From Octopus sinensis (taxonomy: Eukaryota): a stretch of DNA of 64,000 nt. Under the pieces are notes generated by a model. It saw only the letters and a program-made list of their open reading frames with translations. It was not told the origin of the DNA and made no database searches. The DNA lies in assembly GCF_006345805.1 (NCBI RefSeq), contig NC_043004.1:75640001-75704000 (forward strand), given 5' to 3'. This document shows, piece after piece, positions 1 to 14,248 of the stretch (its first letter is position 1; every line of letters starts with the position of its first letter). A program made the translations under genes and the position numbers.

Positions 1-822
1 AGGAGTTAGTCCCCCACCTCTGCGAGATGGGGACTGACTGGGACTTTGCTTGACAGGTCAACCAGTAGGACCCAGGAATATAATGACAAGGTGAATACAG
101 CAATGCAGAGCAATGGCGCATACCCCAGCACATCTGACCTGAATATCACACTCGTATAATTTTCAATTCCTGAATACCAAAACACAAACTTTTACAAGTA
201 TTGGAAATGACAATTCTTTTCATGGACGTCTCCAATCAAATGAAGTCTTTTGAGAAGTATCTCTGGTCAAGGCCTCAGTAGCATATAGTAATATTCATTC
301 AGTTAATAGTTCTAAAAAATTTCACCTGACTTGCCCTATTTCTTTATGTAGAAATAATATATTTCAAATTCTAAAAAGCGTTACAAACACATAAGTCAAC
401 AGATGTATTTGCATTTAGAGTTGGATATTAAAACCATCAAACAATGAGTGCAGAAGAGGCAGCAAAAGTGCCACTGGTATCAGCAATGTAAAATGGGTGT
501 CAGCTGCTGGAATATAGAAATGCCAGGTAATGGCAGTGGAATTATACCGACAATTGAGGAAGATCTCAGGATTAAATGCATAGTGAATAATGAATTCTTG
601 GTAAGAAGATTATGAACCATATTTTCCTTATCTAGAAATAAAGGCTCCTAGTTCAATTTCAGTCTGGTACCACATACACATCCAGAAATAATAGAAATTT
701 TCAACAATCTAGCTACAAATGAAAATAATAATAGATTACTGTGTGATGATGATGTATCTCAATAATCTGAGTAAAACCAGAACATTTAAAAAAATAATAA
801 TAATTAACTGCATAATACTCAC

Positions 823-960
823 AGCAGTAATAAATTTCTCACTTGGCTGACATTTTGAACCGAAGGATTTTGGTTGCAATGTCATGTTTTCTTTAGTTTG
901 AGAATCAAAGGTTGGGTTTTCGACTAGGCAGTTTACAAACAACCACATGTGGCTTTTAAT
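823..960 (-). CDS. top2: top2 exon: IKSHMWLFVNCLVENPTFDSQTKENMTLQPKSFGSKCQPSEKFITA (QTK loop)
   Basis: Acceptor ttgtctttAG and donor GCT|GTGAGT; 138 nt, phase 0/0. The next exon was not found in 1-822. Confidence 0.96.
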
Positions 961-3790
961 CTAAAGACAAAACAAGAGAAAAATAATAGAATTTCATACA
1001 TAGGAACATGCAGTAATATGAATTGATAGTAAATACTGAACGAAAATATGGTGTATACTACTAGAGAAAAAAAAATTGGATGAAAAGACAGAAAGATGAG
1101 ATCTCAAGATATTGGGCCTCACAGATGAGATGACACCTAAATGAAGATAGGGATGGCCAGCAAAACAAAGAGGCAAGATCTAGCTTCTCTTACCTACCTT
1201 ACAATGTCATTCTAAAAATAAACAATAACATCATGGGAATCTTGAAGCTAAGTTATGAGATAATGGATAATTAATTCGAAACTTGAATAAATAATAAGCA
1301 TGACACTTGACAGAGTGATCTTAATGTTAAAGGGTTTATACTGAATGAAGTAAATTCCAGAAATATTTATTGCATTATTGGTACAGTTATTTCATAGAAA
1401 CAATTGGTGTTTTTTTGTTTATCAATGCAAAATAATTCATAACTTACTTGAAAGGGTTTGATATTCAAACCACCTTTATTTTTCTTCTTCACAACTTCAA
1501 TGATTTTATTGACCAAAGGATCTGAGACATGGTCTATATGGCGACCTCCCTATCACAAAAATGACAATAATAAATATTAATAATAAATTCAAAAGGTAGT
1601 ACTCATATCCTACAAAAAATACTGTCAATATAATTCTAAAACAATCTTTCTTCACATATTAACAAAAGTACATGTTCTAAAACAAGATCTTTCTGGAATT
1701 CAGGATATAGAATTAATACATAAATTCCTCTCACTAACCAGTCTTCCCCAAATAAACATGGCAGTTATCTACCATCCTTGAACTTATAATTTGCTGCATT
1801 TTGAGGTCTCTGGATGCAACTGAGTCCATATGCAACTGGGGTCAATATGATCGACTTAATCTGTTTGTCTGTCCTTGTTTGTCCTCTCTGTGTTTAGCCC
1901 CTTGTGGGTAGTAAAGAAATAGGTACTTAATTTATCAGCCCCAAAGGGATGAAAGGCAAAGTTGACCTCAGCAGAATTTGAACTCAGAATGGGCGAAATA
2001 CCGCTAAGCATTTTGCACAGCATGCTAACAATTCTGCCAGCTTACTGCCTTAAATAATAATAATCTTTCTAATATAGGCTCAAGGCCTAAAATTTTGGGG
2101 GCGGGTGATGAGTTGATTACATCGACCCCAGTGCATAACTGGTACTAATTTCATCGACCCCAAAAGTATGAAGGCCAAAGTCGACCTCAGTAGAATTTGA
2201 ATGCAGAATGTAAAGATGGACAAAATACTGCCAAGCATTTTGTCCATTGTCCTAACAATTCTGCTAGCTCAAAGCCTTTGAAAATAATGATAATAAAATA
2301 CTTTCAAATTTTGGTACAAAGCCAGCAATTTCAGAGGAGGGGTAAGTCAATTACATCAACCCTCAGTATGCAACTGGTACATATTTTATTGACCCGGAAA
2401 AGATGAAAGGCATAGTCAACTGCAGCAGAATTTGAACTCAGAACATAAAGACGAAAGAAATGCTGCTAAGCATTTGTCTGAAGTGATAACAATTCTACCT
2501 GTTGGTCACCTTTAAAAATTCTATTTGCTGGTCACCTTTAAAAATTCTACCTGCTGGTCACCTTTAAAAATTCTACCTGCTTGTCACCTTTAAAAATTCT
2601 ACCTGCTTGTCACCTTTAAAAATTCTACCTGTTGATTACCTTGAAAAATTCTACCTGTTAGTCACCTTTAAAAATTCTACCAGTTGGTCGCCTTTAAAAA
2701 TTCTACCTGCTGGTCACCTTTAAAAATTCTACCTGTTGATCACCTTGAAAAATTCTACCTGCTGGTCACCTTTAAAAATTCTACCTGTTGGTCACCTTTA
2801 AAAATTCTACCTGTTGTCACCTTTAAAAATTCTACCTGTTGGTCACCTTTAAAAATAGGAAATGTCATAAGTAACATTTAAAAACACTCCAACATTGGCA
2901 ATTCTAGCTGAGCTTCTCAGATATACAAGGGGATGCTGAAAAGTTCCTGGCCTTGGGTAAAAGAAGATACAGCAGAAACGGTTTTAATTATTTTATTCAG
3001 CATATTCCTCTTTCAGATTCACACACTTATTGCAATGGTCCTTCAGTTTTTCAAAGCCCTGTAAAAGAACTCGGAAGGTTGGGCCTCCAGCCAGGCCTTT
3101 TGTGAAACCCTTAAAGCCAGGAACTTTTCAGCACCCCTTTGTAATATGAATGCTAACAGGGTACCCAAAAGTAGGCAAAAAGATTAATTAATCAAAATTT
3201 TGAGTTAATCAGGAGAATCAGTGGATTAAAAAAATTGGCTGAGAATCAAGTGGCTTGTGCACCCACAAGGCTCTCCTGATACATTGTGTCACTAATTCGT
3301 CATTGCCTGCTTGAGGAGTACAATTTTTCCCCCACAAAAATAAATGAAGTCAGAACTGACACCTAGGTGGACTTAGCCAGTTTGAGACTTACATATCATG
3401 GCCACTAACACAATGCATTATTGCATACAAAATACAAACTACCGACTTCTTGGTTAGATGGATACCAGCTACCCAATCAATTATGGCAACAGTCTCCAAA
3501 CCATTTTTGCTCCATGGACTAGGAGATCACACACACACAAGAAAATACAATAAATTGTATATGCAATTTAATCATTATGTGTGTGTGTGCGTATGATGGA
3601 CTCTCCAGTCATTAGACAACATATGAAGGTTCGATAATTTCTTACCGAACAACCACACATATGATTTGTTTATAGTGATCAACTGTTTGTTTAGGTATAA
3701 GCTTCCTCCTCCATCAAATAGACATTACCTGTACAGGTACATGTCAGATGACGAAATGATCACAGAGCAATGGGCCATGCAGTCTTCATA

Positions 3791-3834
<44 letters not shown>

Positions 3835-6800
3835 TGCATATATAATGCAACAACACCCTGCAGACTGCAATAGACAATAACATAGAAATAAAATTTGAAA
3901 TCTTTCTCTTCTTGTGTGGCTCAGGTGGCCCAGTACTAAATGATCCACAGCCTGTACTGGCCTACAGTCCAGCGATTGGGTAAACTATGCATTATGGCAT
4001 CCATACAGTTTGTTTGCCTACTTTTCAGCCATAATCCATCTAGAGTCACAGAAGATAATGTAATCCAAGATAAACTGCGTCTAGGAAAGACAACAAGAAG
4101 AAAGGAAGAAACACAGGAGAGCCATGGTTGGAGTGTCTTTGATCATCACTCAACTTGATCGCAGTGGGTAACTGGAGCTGAACACCATCACCATCATGAT
4201 GAACGAAACCAGACTTTTTTGGAATTACTTTACCTTGGTTGTTGCAATACTGTTCACAAAGCTGGCTTGCTGGAAACCACTGTCGCTAATGGTCACAGCT
4301 ATCTCCCACCGATCACTCACAGATTCATATATCACTTTAAACGGTTGACCAGCATCATCAACTTTGTCTTTGACATACAAATCTACATAGTCCTTGAAGT
4401 TCTTAACCTGCAACACAATAAGGAAAAGAAATCAATAGACAATAATAAAAACAAGAAAAACTTCAATAATGAAAATTTATGCAGAAATAACACATCTTGC
4501 CTCACCATTTCACTTCTAATGATGCATTTAATTGACAGATTTGGAAATTATATTAATTAGTTACTGAAGATGTGTGGCGTAGTGATTCAGATGTTGCACT
4601 CCCAATCGCAAGATTGTGGTTTCAATTCCTGGACTGAGGTGTATGTTGTGTTCTTGAGCAAAAGACCTCAATCCATGCTGTGCAATCCACCCTAGCTGTA
4701 AATGAGTAACCCTGCAATGGACTGGCATCCCATCTGGTCACTTATCCGCCAAGGAAATTGAGTAACCATCTCTATGAATTCTAAGACTTGATGATTCATT
4801 AGATAGATACTATAAGTAAGCTTGTGTGGGATTATCTAATTTTCGCAACTACTACAATTGAAAGACACCGTAGAGCAGGAGTTTTATTTAGAACAAAATT
4901 TCACCATTCAGGAGACAATAAAACAATAAAAGCCTTGAGACCATATTAGAAATGAATTAGCCAAGTAGAACGAGGCCTTGTGCCAAGACAAGATACCAAT
5001 GACATATAAAACAGAATTATTATCATTTAGCATCCATTTTCCGTGCAGGCATGGGATGGACCGTTTGACAGGAAGTGGCCAGACAGAAGCCTGCACCAGG
5101 TTCCGGTCATTTGTTTTGGCAATGTTTCTACAACTGGATGCTCTTCTTAACACCAACCACTTCTCAGAGTGTAGTGAGTGCTTTCTATGTGGAACCAGCA
5201 CGAGTGCTTTTTACATACCATCAGCCACATAATCTTATACAGAAATGGCCAAGTTCTGTCTGTAACCATCTTGCTGCCTATGCCAGTGAACCAATCTTGA
5301 CAAAACTTTGCATACATGTTAAATTAACATCCAGTTCAATTATAAGCTCATAGGATTTCAATAAAAATCTATAATGGGCTCCCTAGTGGGTGTATTTTAG
5401 GCTATTATTTGATAAAATGAGAAGGGTGCAAGAGTGTTAGTGTGAGGGAAATGTGATGGCATAGTGAGTGTGGCCGATATCAGGGAAGGGGAGAACAGCG
5501 TTGTGTAAGTGAAAAATATGGAGTGGCAGTGGGATGGTAACATTAATACAGCTGTCATTCATGGATGTACACGTGACACTGCATACATACTTTTGCAAAT
5601 ACATAGATATACGCATACACACAACTAACTTTTAAAATGCTGAGAGGGGGTAGGTGGCTTTTCCGCTGTCCATTGCAAAGAAACACTCACACACATACAT
5701 ATGTCTACAATACCTTTTAAACGTGATTACCTGTGTGTACGTGATACGTCCAGTAACTGTCTGTCTCTCTACTTTTGTAGGGTCTTACCTGTTGGTGTCA
5801 CATATTGTGGAAATTTTGAAATTATGTCAAAATTTTCAAATTTGGTATATTGAAATAATTTTCCACATTAAATCTGATTTTGTCATTCATTTATTGCAGA
5901 AAAATGTTACTAAGGTTTAAAGTTTAATCAATTTTACCTAATCAGAAAACAGGATTTGGAAGCTGGCATTTTCTGCATAATCGCTATCTATCACAAAATG
6001 AAAGCAAAGCATTACAACAACCAAAGTTGTAATAACTTTTTAAGCTTTAATGAATAAAGTCATGCGAAACAGTCAAATAGACATGTAAATAATTTAAAAA
6101 GGAAAAGAATCCTCAATGGAGTATTTTGCAAAAAATTGCACAACTCTGTCCTATCAAGAGGCCTATTTGTAGGGGGAGGCATGGTCTGACATGGAATAAA
6201 CAAAAATTTATATTGTAAATATTGCCTGGCAACGATGGATTATTCAGCTAGTATAAAATATTTCCTCAATGCTATTTTTACAGCCTTACTTAAAAAGATG
6301 TCATCTGGGTTTTGGCATTTAAACAGAGATTTAAATCAGTTATTTTATTTTATTATATAAAGGTTAAAATTTGGTTACATATAAGTAAAAAAAAAAACTT
6401 ACTGGTACTCTTTTACCATTCAATATAACCTTCACACCTCGAGTTGAAGCAGCAATGTCAAAAGCTCGTCGGCAGAACAAAGCAACATGATCTTTGTCCA
6501 AAGATTCCAATTGAAATTTAGGTAGATCTGGACAAAATGTTATTGCGGTGAAGTCATCTGCTCGAGACTCGGTGATAACTGGCTCAGAAGCATTCAACAT
6601 ATTTTCAGTCCATGTCTAGAAAATTATTTAAAAAGAAGGGAATATATATTATTATACAAAAGTTGTAATATAATAAACAAAATTAAATTATTGTTTTCTT
6701 TTTTATTTTGACCATATTCTGATTGCGTAACTTTTGAAAATTTGACAAGGCAGTCAGTCGCCCGCTGACACTCGTTGACGCTACATCAAAGAGGCCAGGG

Positions 6801-9800
6801 AACAGAAGAAAGAAGACATGCACTCAACACCAGAGCTGAAGACAGCTCCGAAAGGGGGGGAACCCCGTCACGTCAAAACGGTAGAGGAGTAGGGGCCGAA
6901 ACCGGACATGGTTCCTCCTGATGATGTCCTGAGCTAACAGGATCCAATAAAGGAGCTGTTGTGGTAGCAGACCACGAAACATGGTTGAAATTCAAGTGGC
7001 ATTGTTTGCAGCGAAACTCAGAGTAGCCTGCTTGTAATGAACTTCAGAAAGTCAGCATGATATAATTTTACAAATGAAAACAATAATTTGTTAGGTTCAA
7101 GATGAATTTTTAAAAATACAACATTTACTGCTAATATGAAGTGAATAGATTGCCAATGATTAATTTTAATCATTTGGTTCAACACTGTAGTTAAAGTGGA
7201 AATTTAATGCTATAAGTTCAAATTAGTAAAATACAATTAAAATTAAGAGTAGTAGCTAAGGATTTTAATAAAGACCATAATACATTACCTGCTTGAATGC
7301 TCGTTTGTATTCCTGGCATGATGTCTCTACAATAAATTTTGTGCTGAAGATGTTACAAAGCTTAGCACCATATCCATTACGACCACCTGTAGTAAAACAA
7401 TGGATATCAACATCAAAAATAATCGGAAGACAAAACAAAATCTTTAACTTATATTACATGAAACAGAATTTCAGAACAGATAGAATATAGCAAAAACTGT
7501 CGATAAAAATTAAGCCAAGATTTATTTTATTTGTATTTCAATGCACACTTTTGTTTTATAAAATAGTTTTAAAAATTTATTCCTAAAATTCATTGCAATT
7601 TCATTTTTACATACAAGCCTGACAAAATGAAGGCAGATAGCGCAAAAGAACTTAGGATTACTTTAAACGTCATGACATCTACTGATAAAGGAGAAATGTG
7701 CCACATTAATTATAGGGAGATTAATTAAAACTAGTAAAGAATCAAATAAAAAAAGAGGAACTACTATATAAATGGTATTATATTCTAATTTGAGTTTCAA
7801 ATATCTCAATTCAACCTAAGTTTCTGAAATTAATGTGCATAAAACACCTGGGCAGAAGATTAATAACAAATATTCAGGAATCATTCGGAGTAGAACAACT
7901 ATGAACCTACCAATACAATGATCATATTACAGACCACTTAATCCAACTAAATAATATTTAGTGAAGACATAGGACAAAAATAGAAGCAGCATTAAATTGT
8001 TCCATATATTGTCCATATATTTACACTTATATTACATTATAAGTGTAAATACTAAACAGTTTTCAAGATCAGTTCTTTTCAAGAACATTTCCCAACAATG
8101 ATTCAACAATTTCCAAAAGCTGCCATACCAGAAGAAAGTGTCTTTATTTACAACCACTTAGCCATTTTCATCAAAACTAAAATTTAAAACAAAATTAAGA
8201 CAGTTATTTATAACACTCAAATCCTTTCATATTCATTATTTACATTTGACAGATATTTGGCCTCATTTTGTTTGTTGATATACCCTCCAGCCTTCATCAG
8301 GTGTTTTGGGGGGAAATTTCGAACATAGGTTCTCATTCTAAGATATTTTTTTGATGTTATTGTTATTATTATTATTCAGGTCACTGCCTGGAATCGAACT
8401 CGGAATCTTGGGATTAGCAGCCCGCACTCTTAACTACTATGCCATATGGCCGTGGGCAATTATGGAGTGAATTTTAGGGCTTATAAATCTAATATTTTCC
8501 TATCCTTCCTTAATACTGATTCCCATATGCTACCCACATCTGCACTCGGTCTACTTAGGAGGTTGTTGTGTCTTAGCATATGTGCTGCTTCTTTTAGTTT
8601 TCGTATTTTCCATTGGTGTTCTCCATCTATTATTTCAACTTCATCCCACAGGGAGGTGGTCTCCATTTTCCCATACATGATCAGCTATACTCAATTTGTT
8701 AATATCTCCATGTGTTAACAACAAACAAGATGACGATAAATATCCGTCAAATGCAAATAATGTACATAATTCCTCATCTCTTAAATATAGAACTGTATTG
8801 TCCTTCTATATTATTTTAATGGTAAAACTTAAAGATCAATTTATTCAGGTTACCATGCTGAAATTAACTTTGTATTGTTAACCCTTTCGTTACTATATTT
8901 CTGACCAAAATACACCACTTATGTGTATCAATTAATTTCTAACATAATCATAAATTTAGTCTGGTTTCATTAAACAACTATAACTTTTTTATTTATCAAT
9001 ATATTAATGTGATTTTTGGAAGATAATTTAATGAAATGTTCTCAACCAATTCAATACTATAATTTTTGTCACAAAGTGATTCTAATTGCAGGTAGATACA
9101 GGTAAATTCAACAAAATATAAAATTATTAAAATTTTTGTTCAAACATTGCTATAGAAAATGGGTTATTAGCTAATATTCAATTGGGTATACAACAAAATT
9201 TTACTATAGAATTTGTTATTCTGGGTAACTTTCTGATACTCATAATAATATTTATGGCAAAATAGGCCTTAATTTAATTTAAGGTTGTGGGAAATCACAA
9301 ACTATCCTTTCTTTCGCTTTGTTTACATTTAGCGTAACGGTTCGTTTCTGCCGTAATTTTCTGATACCCATAATAATATTTATGGGTAACTTTCTGATAC
9401 CCATAATAATATTTATGGCAAAATAGGCCTGAATTTCATTTAAGGTTGTGGGAAACTACAAACTATCCTTTCTTTCGCTTTGTTTACATTTAGCGTAACG
9501 GTTCGTTTCTGCCGTAATTTTCTGATACCCATAATAATATTTATGGGTAACTTTCTGATACCCATAATAATATTTATGGCAAAATAGGCCTTAATTTCTT
9601 TTAAGGTTGTGGGAAACAACAAACTATCCTTTCTTTCGCTTTGTTTACATTTAGCGTAACAGTTCGTTTCCGCCGTAATGATTTCAAATAGGCTCATTCG
9701 AAAAAGTAAAAAGAAATAGATCTAAGGCTTTACTCTCCTGGGAAAGGCTTTACTCTCCTGGGAAAGACTGTGGCTTGGTCCAGTTTCTTCAGAAAAATCG

Positions 9801-12800
9801 CTGAAAGAAACAGTTTTTAAATTTTCACTCCATTCAGGTACCAATTCATTTTCTTTATCGCTGTCGGAACTCTCGGATTCACTGCTTTCATTTTCGGAAA
9901 ATGAAACATCGGATTCATTATCAAATACCACGTGCTTTTTTTTTTTTCAGTCATAGAGTTAGATTTATGAAGGTCTTCAGTAGAAAATCCTTCGAATTCT
10001 GACTCGCTGCTTGATATAATGAAATTCGTATCCATTTTTTGTCAGAACTACAAATTTTGAAAACACAATAGGAACAAATTTCGGAAAAAAATCTCCCAAA
10101 ATTCACGGAATTAAAATTACACTTCGATCGTTGTACAAAACTGTAGATGAACTGTTTACGAAGTATAATCACGTGTTTTCACGAATGTACTAAAGAGATT
10201 TGCTCTGATATTCTCATTTAAATATGAATAGCTAATTACGGGCAGCTTGGTCACATGAACCAAAATTTTTTTCGGGCGGCTTTGGACGGTTTGGTAACGA
10301 AAGGGTTAAAAACTGTATTTACCAGTAAATAAGAGACACTCTTGCACAAGACACCCCCCTATTTTACAAGTATATTTGGTGAGGAAAAAAATACAAATTT
10401 AGCAAGTTTTATCATATATCTATTGAAATATATAGTTTAACCCTTTTGATACCAACCCAGCTGAAACTGCCTCTGGCTCTGTAGTACAAATGTCTTGTTC
10501 TCAAAAGTTCTAGGTTAAAATCTTCCATCAAAAGTTAGTCAAAATTTATGTTTCTAACACTAGCTTAATGATAACTGAGTTATTTTACTAAATTCTTCGT
10601 TACATTTCAAATTAATTGAAAGAAATACAGCATCTCAACAGAAATATGGTAACAAAAGGGTTAAAGTGGTTTTGTTGAGGAAATGTGCATGGAAATACAA
10701 TGCTGTGACAAATTACTGGGATAAAATATGAAACCATAAATTTATCCTATACAAGAACCAAATTTCAATTCTTTTTTTTAGATCAGCTGTAGAGCTGTTT
10801 ATATTTAGATCGAGGGAATTTCCATACAGAATGTAAAACTCGTATTTCTGGCTGTGGCATTTTGTATTACTGTGATCAATGGCCACCAGAGTAATGCATC
10901 ACAATTGTGGCTTTTGTTTTCATCCACTCACTGCAAATACCCGACAGGCAGATGAAAGTTTAATGTTCCTTTCATTTTTCTGGGAGAGTTTTCATTTAGA
11001 TTATAAAAACAATTGTTAAGATAATAAACGTTAAATAATGACACATATCAAGTGAGTGTTATGTATGATCGTGAAGCAGCTATACTGTAACCACTAGATA
11101 TACTGTAACCGCTGATATACTGTAAGCAGTTTTCATAGCTGTGGGAATTTGGCTTGTTAGCTTTGCCTTAACGAAGGCAGAGGTATTGTTTTCAGTTGTG
11201 TTTGTTTGTTTGTCCATGGACAAGATATCTCAAGAACCACTGCATGGAAACTTCCAGGAAGGTTTGGTCTCATGACTGGCACTGATTAGATTTTAGGATC
11301 GATCCGGTACCGAAAAAGGATTCTAGATTATTTTTCCTGTTTTTTTTCTCTTTTTTTTTACTTAATTTTTGAGAGCAGTCAGGTTCATTTTTAGTGTTCT
11401 TGTTTGTGAGAGCAGTCAACTTTATTTAGATATTCTCATTTTAAAAATCATCTCTGGCTAACCGTTGAGAGGACGTTGGTGTTGCCTTGGTAGAGGTTTG
11501 CACTCTTTGAGTGCTCTTGTTTTTAATATTTCATCATCATTAGTTTTTAATACTTTATTCTTATTATTAAATCAACCCCAAATACTTAATCCAACTGCAT
11601 CGGATACAGAGCAATGTTTTGATACACTTAACAAGACAAAAATAAAACCCGTCTTATACACAGGCAGATATGCTATTTAAAAAAGTAACCCTTGAAAAGC
11701 AGTTTATCAATGTACAAACCTGTGACTTTCTTCTCTGAATCATCGTAGTTGCTGGATGTCAAGAGATGTCCAAATATCATGGTTGGTACGTACATTTTCT
11801 CAGTCTTGTGTTCAACAACAGGAATTCCTTTACCATTGTTCCAGATTTTAATCCGATTGTTTTCACTGAAATATCAAAATCAAGACCTGAAATCTACTGC
11901 AGAAAGTAATATACAAGAGAATCATACACAGCATTAACTTAATCTTACACATCACTTCAAACCATCCTGGCTTGAACCAGCAAGGAGTCACTATGAGATA
12001 GGTGACATTTTGGCACAGCTGTTCCGTCCCCACCTATTTGTCATCATTCAACACTGACTTCATCATCATCGTTTAATGTTCGCTTTCCATGCTAGCATGG
12101 GTTGCACAATTTTGACTGAGGGCTGGCGAACCAGACGGCCACACCAGGCTCCAATCTCATCTGGCAGAGTTTCTACAGCTGGATGCCCTTCCTAATGCCA
12201 ACCATTCCGAGAGTGTTGTGGGTGCTTTCTACGTGCCACTGGCACAGAGCCAGTCAGGCGATACTGGCAATGACTTCGCTCGAATCTTTTTGCACAGGTG
12301 CCACTAAGGCGACGCTGGTAACAATCACGCTCAAATGGTGCCCTTTTACATGCCATCGGCACGAAGCCATTTGGCTGGTCTGTCAACCAACTAGCACAGG
12401 CACAAGTGCCAGTAAGGCGACGCTGGTAACGATCACACTCAAATGGTGCCCTATTATGTGCCACTGGCACGGATGCCCGTTAGCCACTCTGTCAACGAAA
12501 AAATGTGTGTAGTGGCTAACGATCTATCATGGCGTCTGACTTGGACAGAAGGGTCACACACCATATATATTTACACACATACCGACACAGGCTTCCACAC
12601 AGTTTCCATCTACCAAATTCATTTACAAGGGATTGGTTGTAGCCCAGAGCTATAGTAGAGAAAACACGTACTCAAGGTTCCACACACTGGGAATGGACCC
12701 AAGACCGCGTAGTCGCAAGAGACCTATTTAGCCACAGAGCCATACTTATACAACTGTGACATTAGGCAGTTGTTTAAATTTAACTTTGAGCAAGAGGAGA

Positions 12801-14200
12801 AAGAAAAGAATTTGAAATGATTGCATGTAAAACTTACGAATCAATATCAATCTTGATGGTATTCATTTTGGAATCTCGTTGGGTGTTTCTGCTGCATTTA
12901 CTAGAAAAGAAATGGGAATGAAAGATAATTACTAATAATTCAAACTAAATAATTTAAAACAAGCAACAGAAAAAAATAGCAGACTAATATATGTTCTATA
13001 TTTAAGTCTCTGTTGCAAGAGAGTAGGTTTATAAAAGGGGGAGTTTAAATTATATGAACAAGGGATATGAGCTAGAAGATTGAGAAGGAACGAAAGGTTG
13101 TTACCAGCCATATGACAGAGAGTGTCATCAAGAGGTTTAGCACAATGTAGAAAAGGAAAAATACTGAAGGAAGGAAGGACCCGAAGACTGCACTCCACTC
13201 CAATGATTGTAGCCTGGCAGGAAGTTGGCAATCCAAGAAATGATGAGATCTAGACCACAGGCAACCAAATCAGGTTTAATATTAGATGCAGTGAAGATTT
13301 TGCAGATATCAAGTGTAATAATATTGCTTTTGGCAAAATCCCAAAGACTAATGGTCACTGGTGACATAAAGGAGGAAGTTTCCAGTAGATCTGGCTCTAT
13401 GGAAATCAAACTTGTGATCACTGGGGGGAAAAAAAAAGAGGCTGAAAGAGACGAAAGACGTGATTATTCCATGCTATATCAGGCCCAAATATTCTACGTT
13501 TTATATTCAAGTTGGCCAGATCCGCCTCTCACACCTACTCTACGATATCATTCTAAAAATAAACACATGGAAACCTCAGAAATGAGACAATGCATGATTA
13601 ATTCAAAACAATGTGAATAAATAAGCATTACACTTGACAGAATAATCTAAAATGCTGACATGTGATTGAGTGTGGGAGAAGAAGGGGACTAAAATCGCGG
13701 GATGCGTTTTAGAAAATTTTGAGAGAAAAGAAGGTGATAGAAGGATCTTTCCTTAGCAATTCTAGGGTCATTGCCAGAAGTTAATGGAATCTTGTACAAT
13801 TAGCAAGTTGTGTTTTCAACATGGAACAGGGTGTACGTGTGGTGGAGGCAAAAACATGGGACCAAGTCATAGCTATATATGGTTATGAAATTCTGAATTA
13901 TGTTGGTAACTCGGTCAGTCAGTTTCAGGGAGTAGCAGCAACTTGGGCATACTGTCTGTTTTGAAAAAAACTCTGATCACGAATATAAAATCGTACTGTA
14001 TTCTTGACTTTCTCATATTCATTTATTACAGTTAGTACCTCGTTTAATTTCTTTCTGGTGTATCTTTGTTGAAGAGCGTGGCTCGAAAACGTAAAAGATT
14101 TGTTTTATTTATATTCCTGAGCGCCATACTAATACATTTGTTGTTTGTATTCCACCTGCCTTCGTCTTTTTTTATTTTCATAAAGCTTCCCGTTATATAT

Positions 14201-14248
<48 letters not shown>

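Noticed and set aside
2491-2856. 26-bp repeat array as a CRISPR array
   Set aside because: The units are contiguous with no unique spacers, the context is eukaryotic and intronic, and there are no cas genes.
8375-8460. tRNA-like sequence as a true tRNA gene
   Set aside because: No complete acceptor stem could be formed. It is embedded in a repeated mobile element and followed by an (AAT)n tail; the same applies to the SINE heads.
12838-12900. Duplicated exon as a mutually exclusive coding exon
   Set aside because: It is 63 nt where 64 are required and reaches an in-frame TGA, so it cannot give a functional isoform as assembled.
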